A stretch of DNA of 45,714 nucleotides from an uncultured Muribaculaceae bacterium (GTDB lineage: Bacteria > Pseudomonadota > Alphaproteobacteria > Rs-D84): contig CAYIZJ010000001.1 of NCBI GenBank assembly GCA_964368045.1, positions 1 to 45,714 of the forward strand. Direction: 5' to 3'. Under the pieces are notes generated by a model, which saw only the letters and a program-made list of their open reading frames with translations, searched no databases and was not told the DNA's origin. Below, piece after piece: positions 1 to 8,237 of the stretch. The position numbers were made by a program, and so were the translations under genes. Each line of letters opens with the position of its first letter. Position 1 is the first letter of the stretch.

Positions 1-622
1 ATATTATATATTTCAGTTCGTCTTTACATATTTTTATTCGCAAGACAAGTAAATTACGAGGCTCTACATAAAATTTTAAATCTTTGTAAACCTACTACCT
101 GTCTAGGATATGCACAATAACTTAATGTTAAAGTTTGGATGTTTCCAAATTCAACTGTCTGCATATCCCTTCTTGAAAATAATGATATTTAATTATAAAT
201 TACTTAACTTATAATCAGACATCATATTTTGATGAGCTGCTTTTATTCACAATATTGCGATGATCTAAAAAAGTTTTGTTTTTTAATCTCGCGAATTTCA
301 GGGGTTGGATTCTTTTTGGTTTCCAACTTGAAAGCTAAAATACTATAAACACATCCATAACAAAAGTCAAGCCAAAAAATGAAAATAATTTACAAAAAAT
401 CTAAAAAGAATTAAAAAGCCCTAAAAACTGGGACTTTTTATTTAATGTATTTTACATAAAACACAAAACATAATCGATTTCACGATTCGTATTATACCCG
501 TTTCGACGAATCAGAACAATATGTTTATATGCCTATGCATAAAATATAGCAACGATTCGAAAAAAAACGGCCCCGTTTTTCACAACAAGGCCGATTTTTG
601 ATATTCATATTATATGTATATA

Positions 623-1657
623 TTAAAAGCGATACATCAAACCCATTTTAATAATAGGATAAAAGTCTATTTTTGAAATGTCTTCGTTTGCATCTTTTAA
701 CGCATCTGCTTTTAAGTCTTCGAATTCATCGGTCAAAGTTGTATCACCTGCAACCGGATTCCAAGTACCACCTTCGAATACTTCCAATCCTGTTTCTGGG
801 ACAATCAAATCAAATTGACCCGATTTATCCGCAAACACAACACCCATATCCATATAGAATTTCAAACCTTTGTATAAAGTGCCTTCGAAACCGGTTCCAA
901 CATAAGGCCCCTTGTAATCCCAATTAAATTGTGCCACGCCTTCTAAATCGGACGCATTATATCTGTATTGTGTTCCTGCCAATTCAAATTCCGCATCAAA
1001 GCCATATGATATGTCCGCAGTTGAATTAAACGACAAATTACCCGACGTATACCCACCAGACAATCGCCATCCGGATGAACTGAACGGATAAAAGTCAACC
1101 ATAATGCCTTTTGACTCGGCTTTTACATTTGTGTCTTTGGCCGACATAATATCACCCAAACCATCCACATATTCAAAAGCCTGATCAGCAATTGTGTCCA
1201 TCGTTATATCAAACATATCGGTCGAAGCATAATCAAAACGCACCCCGAACTTTTTTATTAACCAATACGAAGATTCACGATTCGCATATCCCGCAAAAAA
1301 GTTTGCACCAGTTGTGCCAACACCCGCCCCGAATTGAACACCGTCCAACAAACCAAAGTCCCATTCGCTATTTGTTTTTGCAACAGGCTTTGTTTCTTCT
1401 AGTTGTTCTTCTGGCAAAATCTCAGGTTCTGGCAAAGGTTCTGGTTTTAATTCTGTTTTTTTTGCGACTTTTTTTCCTTCTTTGGGTTCCAACGTATAAT
1501 CTGGATATTCATTTGTATCCGAACTTAATCCAGACAAGTTGCCTTTTGGGGATTTTGTTATTATTTGGGATTCTGGTTGTCCATAAGTATCGTTTGCATT
1601 CGCAGCAACCGAAAATGGCACCGCAGCCAACATCAAAGTTGTTATAATTTTTCTCAT
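623..1657 (-). CDS. Outer-membrane beta-barrel protein with Pro/Glu-rich N-terminal linker
   Basis: 344-aa ORF with a signal peptide (MRKIITTLMLAAVPFSVAANA) and an acidic PE-rich linker (KPEPLPEPEILPEEQLEE). The body is Gly/aromatic-rich and the C-terminus ...KMGLMYRF ends in Phe, as in BAM substrates. Confidence 0.6.
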   Translation of the reverse strand: MRKIITTLMLAAVPFSVAANANDTYGQPESQIITKSPKGNLSGLSSDTNEYPDYTLEPKEGKKVAKKTELKPEPLPEPEILPEEQLEETKPVAKTNSEWDFGLLDGVQFGAGVGTTGANFFAGYANRESSYWLIKKFGVRFDYASTDMFDITMDTIADQAFEYVDGLGDIMSAKDTNVKAESKGIMVDFYPFSSSGWRLSGGYTSGNLSFNSTADISYGFDAEFELAGTQYRYNASDLEGVAQFNWDYKGPYVGTGFEGTLYKGLKFYMDMGVVFADKSGQFDLIVPETGLEVFEGGTWNPVAGDTTLTDEFEDLKADALKDANEDISKIDFYPIIKMGLMYRF

Positions 1658-1775
1658 TTTTCACCTCTTTTATTCTTATATATTAACAATGATAAAACAA
1701 GCAGCATAAACATTGCAATAAAATAAATTTAATTTCCTGTTTTATTTTGATTGATTTTTTGATATAATTCATAAT

Positions 1776-2585
1776 ATGAAAATTAAAATGTCTTTTTTAA
1801 TGGCTTGTATTTGTGCGGCTTTTGTTACAAAAGCGGGTGCATCTGATTATATAAATGAATCAACCAGCACACAACCAACACAATACATCAGTATGGACGA
1901 AGCAACAAAAGAAATTGAAAACTTGCTAAATTATGCGACAGTCAACCAAACAAGCTATCAATCCAATATGGATACGTTCTTTGTTTATTATAATTGTCCG
2001 TTCGAAACTGTTAATGAGTGTGAAATATGGCGAACTAAACCTGCCGTTAACGAAACGACTTTTGTTTATGACGGCGATTTAACAGATCCACAAATATATG
2101 AAATTATGGATTACATTTCTTGTAACCCTGAAATAACCGGCAACAACATTATGGCAAAACCTTTGGTTGATCGTTATAAAATGTTGATGAATGCTGCGAA
2201 CGCTTGTTGTACGGACGGCATGGTATATCAATTAAAGACATCAGGTGCGGACGAAGATTTGATATATACATTCTTAATCAACGACACCAATTTTTATAAT
2301 ATCGGCGACAGATGTTTATTTATGAACGATGACGAATTAGATGACCGAGCCGAAAACACTCAAACCGCCGAAGTCATTGCTGATGTTCGCAATGGTTGTT
2401 TATGTAATGCCAAAGAAATGTACAAATCAATGCTGGAACCTTTTTACATATTATATTATATGATGCCGGATTTCAGATATTATCCATTTGCCTATACTTA
2501 TACAGACGGCTTAAAACGGGATAACACAGTGTCAATAAATCAAGACATTCAAAAAGTCATGGTTCAATTACAAAATTGTCCATAA
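1776..2585 (+). CDS. Secreted Cys-rich protein, function unknown
   Basis: 269-aa ORF with a signal peptide (MSFLMACICAAFVTKAGA). It has about 12 Cys in pairs (YYNCPFETVNEC, NAANACCTDG, VRNGCLCNA, final QNCP) and no recognisable catalytic motif. Confidence 0.55.
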   Translation: MKIKMSFLMACICAAFVTKAGASDYINESTSTQPTQYISMDEATKEIENLLNYATVNQTSYQSNMDTFFVYYNCPFETVNECEIWRTKPAVNETTFVYDGDLTDPQIYEIMDYISCNPEITGNNIMAKPLVDRYKMLMNAANACCTDGMVYQLKTSGADEDLIYTFLINDTNFYNIGDRCLFMNDDELDDRAENTQTAEVIADVRNGCLCNAKEMYKSMLEPFYILYYMMPDFRYYPFAYTYTDGLKRDNTVSINQDIQKVMVQLQNCP

Positions 2586-2631
2586 AAAAATTTTATTTGA
2601 ATTTGCTTTTTTTTAATCTATAATATTTGCT

Positions 2632-3672
2632 ATGTTTAAATTTATAAAATCTTTATTTATGCCAAAAGGCATTAAAACAACTGCTGGCGAATTGGCCAAA
2701 AAGTTGGGACTGGAATTACGTGGTGATGAAAAAACGATTATTCGTTCGATTGCCCCGATTATGGACGCAAAATCTGGACAGTTGTCATTTTATTCAACTG
2801 AACGAAACAGCTCGGCTTTTAAAATTTTGCCAATCGAAGTATTAAAAAACACTCGTGCCAGCATAATTCTTATTCAGCCCGAACAGGTGAAATTTGCGCC
2901 AAAGGGTGCAACATTGCTGATTACAAAGTCACCCAGATCAGACATTGTTAAAATATTGGCCGAAGTTTATGCCGAAAAACCACGATACGGCATACATTTT
3001 GGTGCCTATGTAGAAAGAAGAGTTTATTTCAAAAAGAAAAAATCCGTATACATCGGACAATTTGCAACCGTTGAACGTGGTGCGGTTTTGGGTGCGGATG
3101 TAAAAATTTACCCAGGGGCATTTATCGGAAGAAATGTTGTAATCGGAAACAACACAATCATTCACAGCGGAGCCCACATTGAAAATGCAACAATCGGCGA
3201 CGATTGTGTTATCAATGCAAATGCTGTAATCGGCAAAGACGGATTTGGATACACCAGACAGGATGGAAAAAATATATTTATCCCACACGTTGGTCGTGTT
3301 GTTTTGGGAAATCGTGTTTCTATTGGATCTTGTGCTTGTGTTGACAGGGGTGCTATGACTGATACGAAAATTGGGGACGGGACAAAAATTGATAACCTTG
3401 TTCAAATTGCCCACGGTGTTGTTATAGGATCCGAATGCTTTGTTGCAGCGCTGGCAGGTATTGCAGGCGGCACAACAGTTGGCGACCGTACTTTGATTGG
3501 CGGACTTACCGGTATTGCAAACGGTGTTAAAATCGGAGACGATGCAGAAATTGGTGCACACAGCGGTGTGTTCAGAACAATCCCATCGGGTGAACGTTGG
3601 ATGGGAACTCCGGCGGGGCCTGGGATGGAAATGATGCGTCATTATGCTTGGCTTCGTAAAAATGTTAAATAG
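2632..3672 (+). CDS. lpxD: UDP-3-O-acylglucosamine N-acyltransferase
   Basis: 346 aa. An LpxD-type N-terminal domain (ELAKKLGLELRGDEKTIIRSIAPIMDAKSGQLSFY) is followed by a long run of hexapeptide left-handed beta-helix repeats (IGNNTIIHSGAHIENATIGDDCVINANAVIG...). It lies directly upstream of fabZ. Confidence 0.95.
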   Translation: MFKFIKSLFMPKGIKTTAGELAKKLGLELRGDEKTIIRSIAPIMDAKSGQLSFYSTERNSSAFKILPIEVLKNTRASIILIQPEQVKFAPKGATLLITKSPRSDIVKILAEVYAEKPRYGIHFGAYVERRVYFKKKKSVYIGQFATVERGAVLGADVKIYPGAFIGRNVVIGNNTIIHSGAHIENATIGDDCVINANAVIGKDGFGYTRQDGKNIFIPHVGRVVLGNRVSIGSCACVDRGAMTDTKIGDGTKIDNLVQIAHGVVIGSECFVAALAGIAGGTTVGDRTLIGGLTGIANGVKIGDDAEIGAHSGVFRTIPSGERWMGTPAGPGMEMMRHYAWLRKNVK

Positions 3673-3695
3673 TAAAAAAATAAAAGGAAAACAAA

Positions 3696-4142
3696 ATGCC
3701 ATTCGCAAATAAAAGTGATATAGAAAAAATTATTCCACATCGTGGGGATATGTTGTTAATTGATGAAGTTCGTGAATTTAATACCGACAGTGCTGTTGGG
3801 ATTCATAATGTTCACGAAGGTGAATTTTGGTGTGCGGGACATTTTCCACAAAACCCAATTATGCCAGGCGTATTACAGGTCGAAGCCATGGCACAAACCG
3901 CCTGTTTTATGGCATTAACAAAAATGGGTATAACCGACGGCAGCCGTTTGGGATATTTTACAACAATAGATAAAGCAAAATTCTTTCATATGGTAAAACC
4001 AGGCGACGTATTAGAATTGCATATTGAATTATTATTTTCAAAAATGAGACTATACAAATTCAGCGGCATCGCAATGGTATCGGGAAAAAAAGTATCCGAG
4101 GCAACATTCACAGCCATAATCGAAGACGGCGAAACAAAATAA
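3696..4142 (+). CDS. fabZ: 3-hydroxyacyl-ACP dehydratase FabZ
   Basis: 148 aa with the hot-dog dehydratase signature IPHRGDMLLIDEV ... GHFPQNPIMPGVLQVEAMAQT. An SD (AAAGGAAAA) lies upstream, and the gene starts 23 nt after lpxD. Confidence 0.95.
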   Translation: MPFANKSDIEKIIPHRGDMLLIDEVREFNTDSAVGIHNVHEGEFWCAGHFPQNPIMPGVLQVEAMAQTACFMALTKMGITDGSRLGYFTTIDKAKFFHMVKPGDVLELHIELLFSKMRLYKFSGIAMVSGKKVSEATFTAIIEDGETK

Positions 4143-4148
4143 AAAACA

Positions 4149-4180
4149 AAGCCCCAAGAAATTGGGGTTTTTATTTTTTT
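4149..4180 (+). terminator. Rho-independent terminator after fabZ
   Basis: Stem CCCCAA / TTGGGG with loop GAAA (4152-4167), followed by TTTTTATTTTTTTT. Confidence 0.8.
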
Positions 4181-4232
4181 TATTTTTATCTTTTATATCG
4201 GTTGAATTTGTGATAAAATATTATCCAGAGAG

Positions 4233-6221
4233 ATGAAATATTTATCAAGCTTTTTTATTGCAGCATTATGCCTGACAGGATTTACTTCTGTGGGGGCCGA
4301 GCCTTTGTCCGGAACTGCCGGCAGTAATTTAACGTCTTATAATGGAACTATGGGTTCGATAAATAACAATCAATGGAATAATTTACAAAATGAACGCAAT
4401 GCAAATGCAAACTTTGGTAATTGTAATGCGGTGATTTTACGATGTGCTCAACCGAAATGTGCAACAGGTGGATGTACATCAATGGATATTGCATACCCAA
4501 TTGTTCAGGGTTGTGTTTTATCAAACAATGAATGCAAGGGCCACGGGGAAAGTTTAATTCAATCGATTGCCGCCCAACTGGTTGCGTCCAGCACGGCAAA
4601 GGCAAATCAAAATGCGGCAAACGCATCGGCTGCGGCCGCAAATGCAGCGGCAGCCAGCAGTGCCCAACAAATTCAAATGATGCAGCAACAAATTGAACAG
4701 ATGCAGTATCAATCCCAACAACAAAGTGCTTCTACGGCGGCCGCAGTCGAAGCCGCTTTGGCGGAACAAAAAATATTATCACAACAAACCGCACAACAAC
4801 AAATTGATATGGCGTCCGCTGCGGCGGCCGCAGCCGCACCGGCACAAAAAATTGAACAAGCGGTTAAAAACAATGTTTCCGCCGAAGTTCTTGTTCGTGA
4901 ACAGGCGGGTAACAGAATATTATCCCAATTGGAAAATTCCGAAGATGCTTTGAAAGTATTGAAAAAAACAATGCAAAACGTTTTTGATTATGCAAAATGC
5001 GATTCATCGGGTAATTATTGCGAAGGCCCTGCCCGTGTTGCGGTATTTAAATCCAAGGCAAACGATTTCTTTGACCCATATAACGACGTTTTGGACGAAG
5101 TTTATGACGCACTTATTTTGGCACAAAGTTTGGGTGTTGATATCACCGATATTTATATGATGTTAAATGACACATGTAATGTGTGGGGAACATTTTTATG
5201 CAGAGATGATACAAAAGATGGTGATGAACCTTGTGAATTATTGGAAATGATTACCGACAAACGTGAAGTCCAGGAAAAATGGATGGATAACAACACAAAC
5301 AAAGAAAGCAACATCGTAATAAAATGTGCATCCACTGCATTGGATGAATCAAAATTATTTAAAAACCGCAGAAAATCATCCAATATAGGAATTGATTTAT
5401 TGCGTCAAATTATCGAACAGGATTCCCCAACATACGGAACACCAGATGCGGCAGAATCTATGAAATATTGTTTTGATGCAAACCTTACCAAATCAACATT
5501 GGAAAAACAGGTTACTCAAAAAAGATACCCTGACAACATTTGTACTAACACACACTTTACTAGACTTAGCAATGACATAGATGATGACACAGGAATGTGT
5601 CCGGAATTTATAAACAGTGATTTTGCGTTATGCACAACACATGCATACAATTCTGGGTTGGATGAAAATTCCGACGATCAAAATGAAATGCAGGAAAACA
5701 AAGAAATCATCGCATTAAAAGCAACATTGATGACCCAGGAAATGAACAAACAGTTTAACTTTTTGGAAAGCACAATGGGCCGCTTTAAAACCCAATTGGA
5801 AAAAGCAATATTAACCGCCCAAATGGAAGCCGCCGGTGCCGCAGACGAAGAAAGCTCGGGCGGATATTCATCAACACTTACCGGTATTATGGAATGCGGC
5901 CGTCGTATATTGGTCGAAGATAAAACAGATTGTTTAATGAATAATTACGAAGCTGTTGGATATGCGACAAATTACGGCGAAAAAACCAGCACAGCTGCAA
6001 AAAAACAATTAGCAACCGATTATGAAACTGCATTTTCATTGGCTGATAGTTTAAAAATAGTCGACGAAAAAGCAGAAAACAAACAGTGCATATCTTCATC
6101 CGGTATGTCGACGACAAAAAAATTCCAAGAATGTTTAACAATATTTGGAACATTGCTGGGAACTATTAAAAATAATTTAACATCACAGGCAAACAAAAAT
6201 AATTCAAATGCCAGATATTAA
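4233..6221 (+). CDS. Large secreted Cys-rich protein with Ala/Gln-rich low-complexity coiled-coil segment
   Basis: 662 aa with a signal peptide (FFIAALCLTGFTSVGA). A Cys cluster NCNAVILRCAQPKCATGGCTS...GCVLSNNEC is followed by about 90 aa of A/Q-rich sequence (AAAANAAAASSAQQIQMMQQQIEQMQYQSQQQ...AAAAAAAP). More paired Cys occur along the rest of the protein. Confidence 0.7.
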   Translation: MKYLSSFFIAALCLTGFTSVGAEPLSGTAGSNLTSYNGTMGSINNNQWNNLQNERNANANFGNCNAVILRCAQPKCATGGCTSMDIAYPIVQGCVLSNNECKGHGESLIQSIAAQLVASSTAKANQNAANASAAAANAAAASSAQQIQMMQQQIEQMQYQSQQQSASTAAAVEAALAEQKILSQQTAQQQIDMASAAAAAAAPAQKIEQAVKNNVSAEVLVREQAGNRILSQLENSEDALKVLKKTMQNVFDYAKCDSSGNYCEGPARVAVFKSKANDFFDPYNDVLDEVYDALILAQSLGVDITDIYMMLNDTCNVWGTFLCRDDTKDGDEPCELLEMITDKREVQEKWMDNNTNKESNIVIKCASTALDESKLFKNRRKSSNIGIDLLRQIIEQDSPTYGTPDAAESMKYCFDANLTKSTLEKQVTQKRYPDNICTNTHFTRLSNDIDDDTGMCPEFINSDFALCTTHAYNSGLDENSDDQNEMQENKEIIALKATLMTQEMNKQFNFLESTMGRFKTQLEKAILTAQMEAAGAADEESSGGYSSTLTGIMECGRRILVEDKTDCLMNNYEAVGYATNYGEKTSTAAKKQLATDYETAFSLADSLKIVDEKAENKQCISSSGMSTTKKFQECLTIFGTLLGTIKNNLTSQANKNNSNARY

Positions 6222-6231
6222 AATGATGTGT

Positions 6232-6268
6232 AAAAAAAAGCTTGGTGAATTTCCACCAAGCTTTTTTA
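6232..6268. terminator. Bidirectional Rho-independent terminator between convergent genes
   Basis: 9-bp stem AGCTTGGTG / CACCAAGCT with loop AATTTC, an A-run upstream and a T-run downstream. It sits between the stop at 6221 (+) and the stop at 6286 (-). Confidence 0.85.
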
Positions 6269-6285
6269 ATTTACAAAACCGAAAC

Positions 6286-6993
6286 TTACATATTTTCTGG
6301 TTTTTCCATTTTGATTGTTTTGATTCTTTTGTTCAAAGATTCAACAACTTCGTCTGTGATATCCAAATGTTCTACATCACCACCCATACGAACAAAACGA
6401 CCGTCCATTACAAAAGACAATTTCTTTTTTGCAATGATGCCTTCGATAATTGGATCCAAATGTTCTGATTGGACTTCCATCAAAGTTTTTTGATATGCAG
6501 CTTCGATTTTTTGAGCTTTTTCAGTCAAGTCACGTTGCAACAAACCGATACGGTTTTGATATTCACCAACACGACGTTGCAAAGCTTCACGGGACAACAT
6601 GCTTTGAGATTTTTCAATTTCTGCTTTTTCTTCTTCCAAAGCTTCTTGTTCTTCCATCAAGTCTTTTTGCAAAGCTTCTTCGTATTTTTGTTTTTGTGAA
6701 CGCAAAGATTCCAATACGCCGGCTTCCAATTGAATTGCATCCATACGAACAACTGCGATGTTTAAATCAGACGCTTTTGCTGCATTTGCATCAACTGATT
6801 CCAAAGATTCTTTTACTGTTTTCAATTCCGCACCAGAAAAAGCACCGAACATTGCTGCACCACCCAAACCAACTGCCAAAACAATTGCTGCGATGATACC
6901 TGCTTTTTTGTATTTTTTAACCATTACCATTGCGGCATCTGTGCTAACCAAATTTTTAACAGATTTGGAACTGTTTTTTGATTTTTTTAACAT
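6286..6993 (-). CDS. Skp/OmpH-family periplasmic chaperone-like protein, membrane-anchored
   Basis: 235 aa with a Lys-rich N-terminus and one TM (AGIIAAIVLAVGLGGAAMFGAF). A long E/Q/L-rich coiled-coil arm (LRSQKQKYEEALQKDLMEEQEALEEEKAEIEK ... LQRRVGEYQNRIGLLQRDL) and a C-terminal DITDEVVESLNKR-type end follow. It lies next to lpxD-fabZ, the usual skp neighbourhood, but on the opposite strand. Confidence 0.65.
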   Translation of the reverse strand: MLKKSKNSSKSVKNLVSTDAAMVMVKKYKKAGIIAAIVLAVGLGGAAMFGAFSGAELKTVKESLESVDANAAKASDLNIAVVRMDAIQLEAGVLESLRSQKQKYEEALQKDLMEEQEALEEEKAEIEKSQSMLSREALQRRVGEYQNRIGLLQRDLTEKAQKIEAAYQKTLMEVQSEHLDPIIEGIIAKKKLSFVMDGRFVRMGGDVEHLDITDEVVESLNKRIKTIKMEKPENM

Positions 6994-7068
6994 TTTTCTT
7001 TCCTTTTTTCTTAAAGCTGCGGTCAGTATAGCAACTATTTTTTACAAATGCAAAGATGTTTTTTAAAA

Positions 7069-7764
7069 TTATCTTGCCGGAGATATTCTAAGTTCAACCC
7101 TGCGATTAGTAATTCTTCCGAATTCATCCTGTGCGGCTATTGGGCGGGACGAACCACGACCAACAACAAACATACGCACCGGATTTATTCCATCCTGTGA
7201 CAGATATATGGCAACCCTTTGTGCCATATCCATTGATAATTTATTTGCAGCCGACGAATCAGACATCGAATCTGTGTAACCTGCGACTTCGATAAATGTT
7301 GCGGGATATTTTTTTAATATGTCAGAGATTTTTGACAAAGTATCAATTCCTGTTGCCGATAATTGCGGCGCATTTAATTCAATCAAAGAAGTGCGAACCA
7401 AAACAACAACAACGTCTGTTCCGGCACGTTGCACAGAAATACCCGATTTACGCAAAGAATCATAAAGCTGGGATTCTATATTTGCCATATAACTTACCGC
7501 TTTGACATTGTCGTTTAATGCTTTGTCGCCATAATCCAAATTTTCATCGAATTTTACCTGACTTAACAACATTCCGCCCGACCCCAAAAACACGGGTCTT
7601 TTTGCGACTTTTGCCTGATCGGTCATATCGGACAAGCTTACCCCCGCCAAATATTTCGGCCACATTTCCCGCTGCGGTGTTTGATATTGGGCACAAGAAG
7701 AAACACAACAACCCAACACAATCATTGAAAATATTTTATTAAATAATTTCATATTTTTTTTCAT
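7069..7764 (-). CDS. OmpA/MotB C-terminal-domain lipoprotein (peptidoglycan-associated)
   Basis: 231 aa with a lipobox (MIVLGCCVSSC). The C-terminal OmpA-like domain reads IEVAGYTDSMSDSSAANKLSMDMAQRVAIYLSQDGINP...GRITNRRVELRISP. Its start overlaps the stop of the upstream pilin gene by 1 nt. Confidence 0.85.
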   Translation of the reverse strand: MKKNMKLFNKIFSMIVLGCCVSSCAQYQTPQREMWPKYLAGVSLSDMTDQAKVAKRPVFLGSGGMLLSQVKFDENLDYGDKALNDNVKAVSYMANIESQLYDSLRKSGISVQRAGTDVVVVLVRTSLIELNAPQLSATGIDTLSKISDILKKYPATFIEVAGYTDSMSDSSAANKLSMDMAQRVAIYLSQDGINPVRMFVVGRGSSRPIAAQDEFGRITNRRVELRISPAR

Positions 7765-8225
7765 TATCTTTTGATTATAAATGAAACATCATTGTCGCCG
7801 GTTTCCATACATGTAATCCCCGGTTCGACTGTTAATCCGTTAACTTTTACAATATCTGCCCAATCCAATTTTTTCACGACAAAGTATTTACAATCGTCCC
7901 CAGATAAATTAACCAAATTGATTGAAAATTCCGTACCTTCGACGTTTGACGATATATCCCAATCCATTCCACCCAGTGGCGGTCGCACATCTTTTAACGC
8001 CCCTGCTTTGATAAGACCGTCAATAGAAATACCTTTGAAATCACCCTTGGAAGAATATAATATTTTTGCATTATTTGCTGTTGTTTTAAGACTTTCTTCG
8101 GCAACTGTCCGTGACGTTCTGTCACGCAAAGAATTATATGTCGCAATTACAGCCGTTGTTAAAACACCCATTATCGCCAAAACACCCAACATTTCTATTA
8201 AAGAGCGTCCGCTTTCTGATTTCAT
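7764..8225 (-). CDS. Type IV pilin / pseudopilin
   Basis: 153 aa. It has a short leader and class III signal, MKSESG|RSLIEMLGVLAIMGVLTTAVIATY, with Glu at +5 after the Gly. Two C-terminal Cys (DDCKYF ... GITCMETG) are compatible with a pilin D-region disulfide loop. Confidence 0.8.
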   Translation of the reverse strand: MKSESGRSLIEMLGVLAIMGVLTTAVIATYNSLRDRTSRTVAEESLKTTANNAKILYSSKGDFKGISIDGLIKAGALKDVRPPLGGMDWDISSNVEGTEFSINLVNLSGDDCKYFVVKKLDWADIVKVNGLTVEPGITCMETGDNDVSFIIKR

Positions 8226-8237
8226 ATTAAATCCTTT

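Noticed and set aside
301-335. GGGGTTGGATTCTTTTTGGTTTCCAAC resembling the 5' end of tmRNA (GGGGCUGAUUCUGGAUUCGAC)
   Set aside because: No complementary acceptor 3' strand (CAACTCCACCA-like) or T-arm lies within the expected 300-400 nt downstream, or upstream for a permuted gene. The expected GGTTTCGAC is replaced by a simple GTTGGA/TCCAAC hairpin.
2938-3708. 256-aa ORF on the minus strand
   Set aside because: It lies entirely antisense to lpxD, whose hexapeptide-repeat translation is unambiguous. The repetitive codon structure keeps the antisense frame open, and its product is low-complexity (N/T/C/S-rich).
4600-4830. Three GCGGCCGC (NotI-type) 8-mers within ~200 bp of an AT-rich genome
   Set aside because: They are explained by runs of Ala codons (GCG GCC GCA) in the poly-Ala/Gln tract of the 662-aa protein. 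They are not an independent DNA-level signal.
6450-6896. 148-aa plus-strand ORF
   Set aside because: It is antisense to the Skp/OmpH-like gene. The coiled-coil GAA/CAA-rich codons keep the opposite frame open, and its product is an L/F/H-rich mirror sequence.
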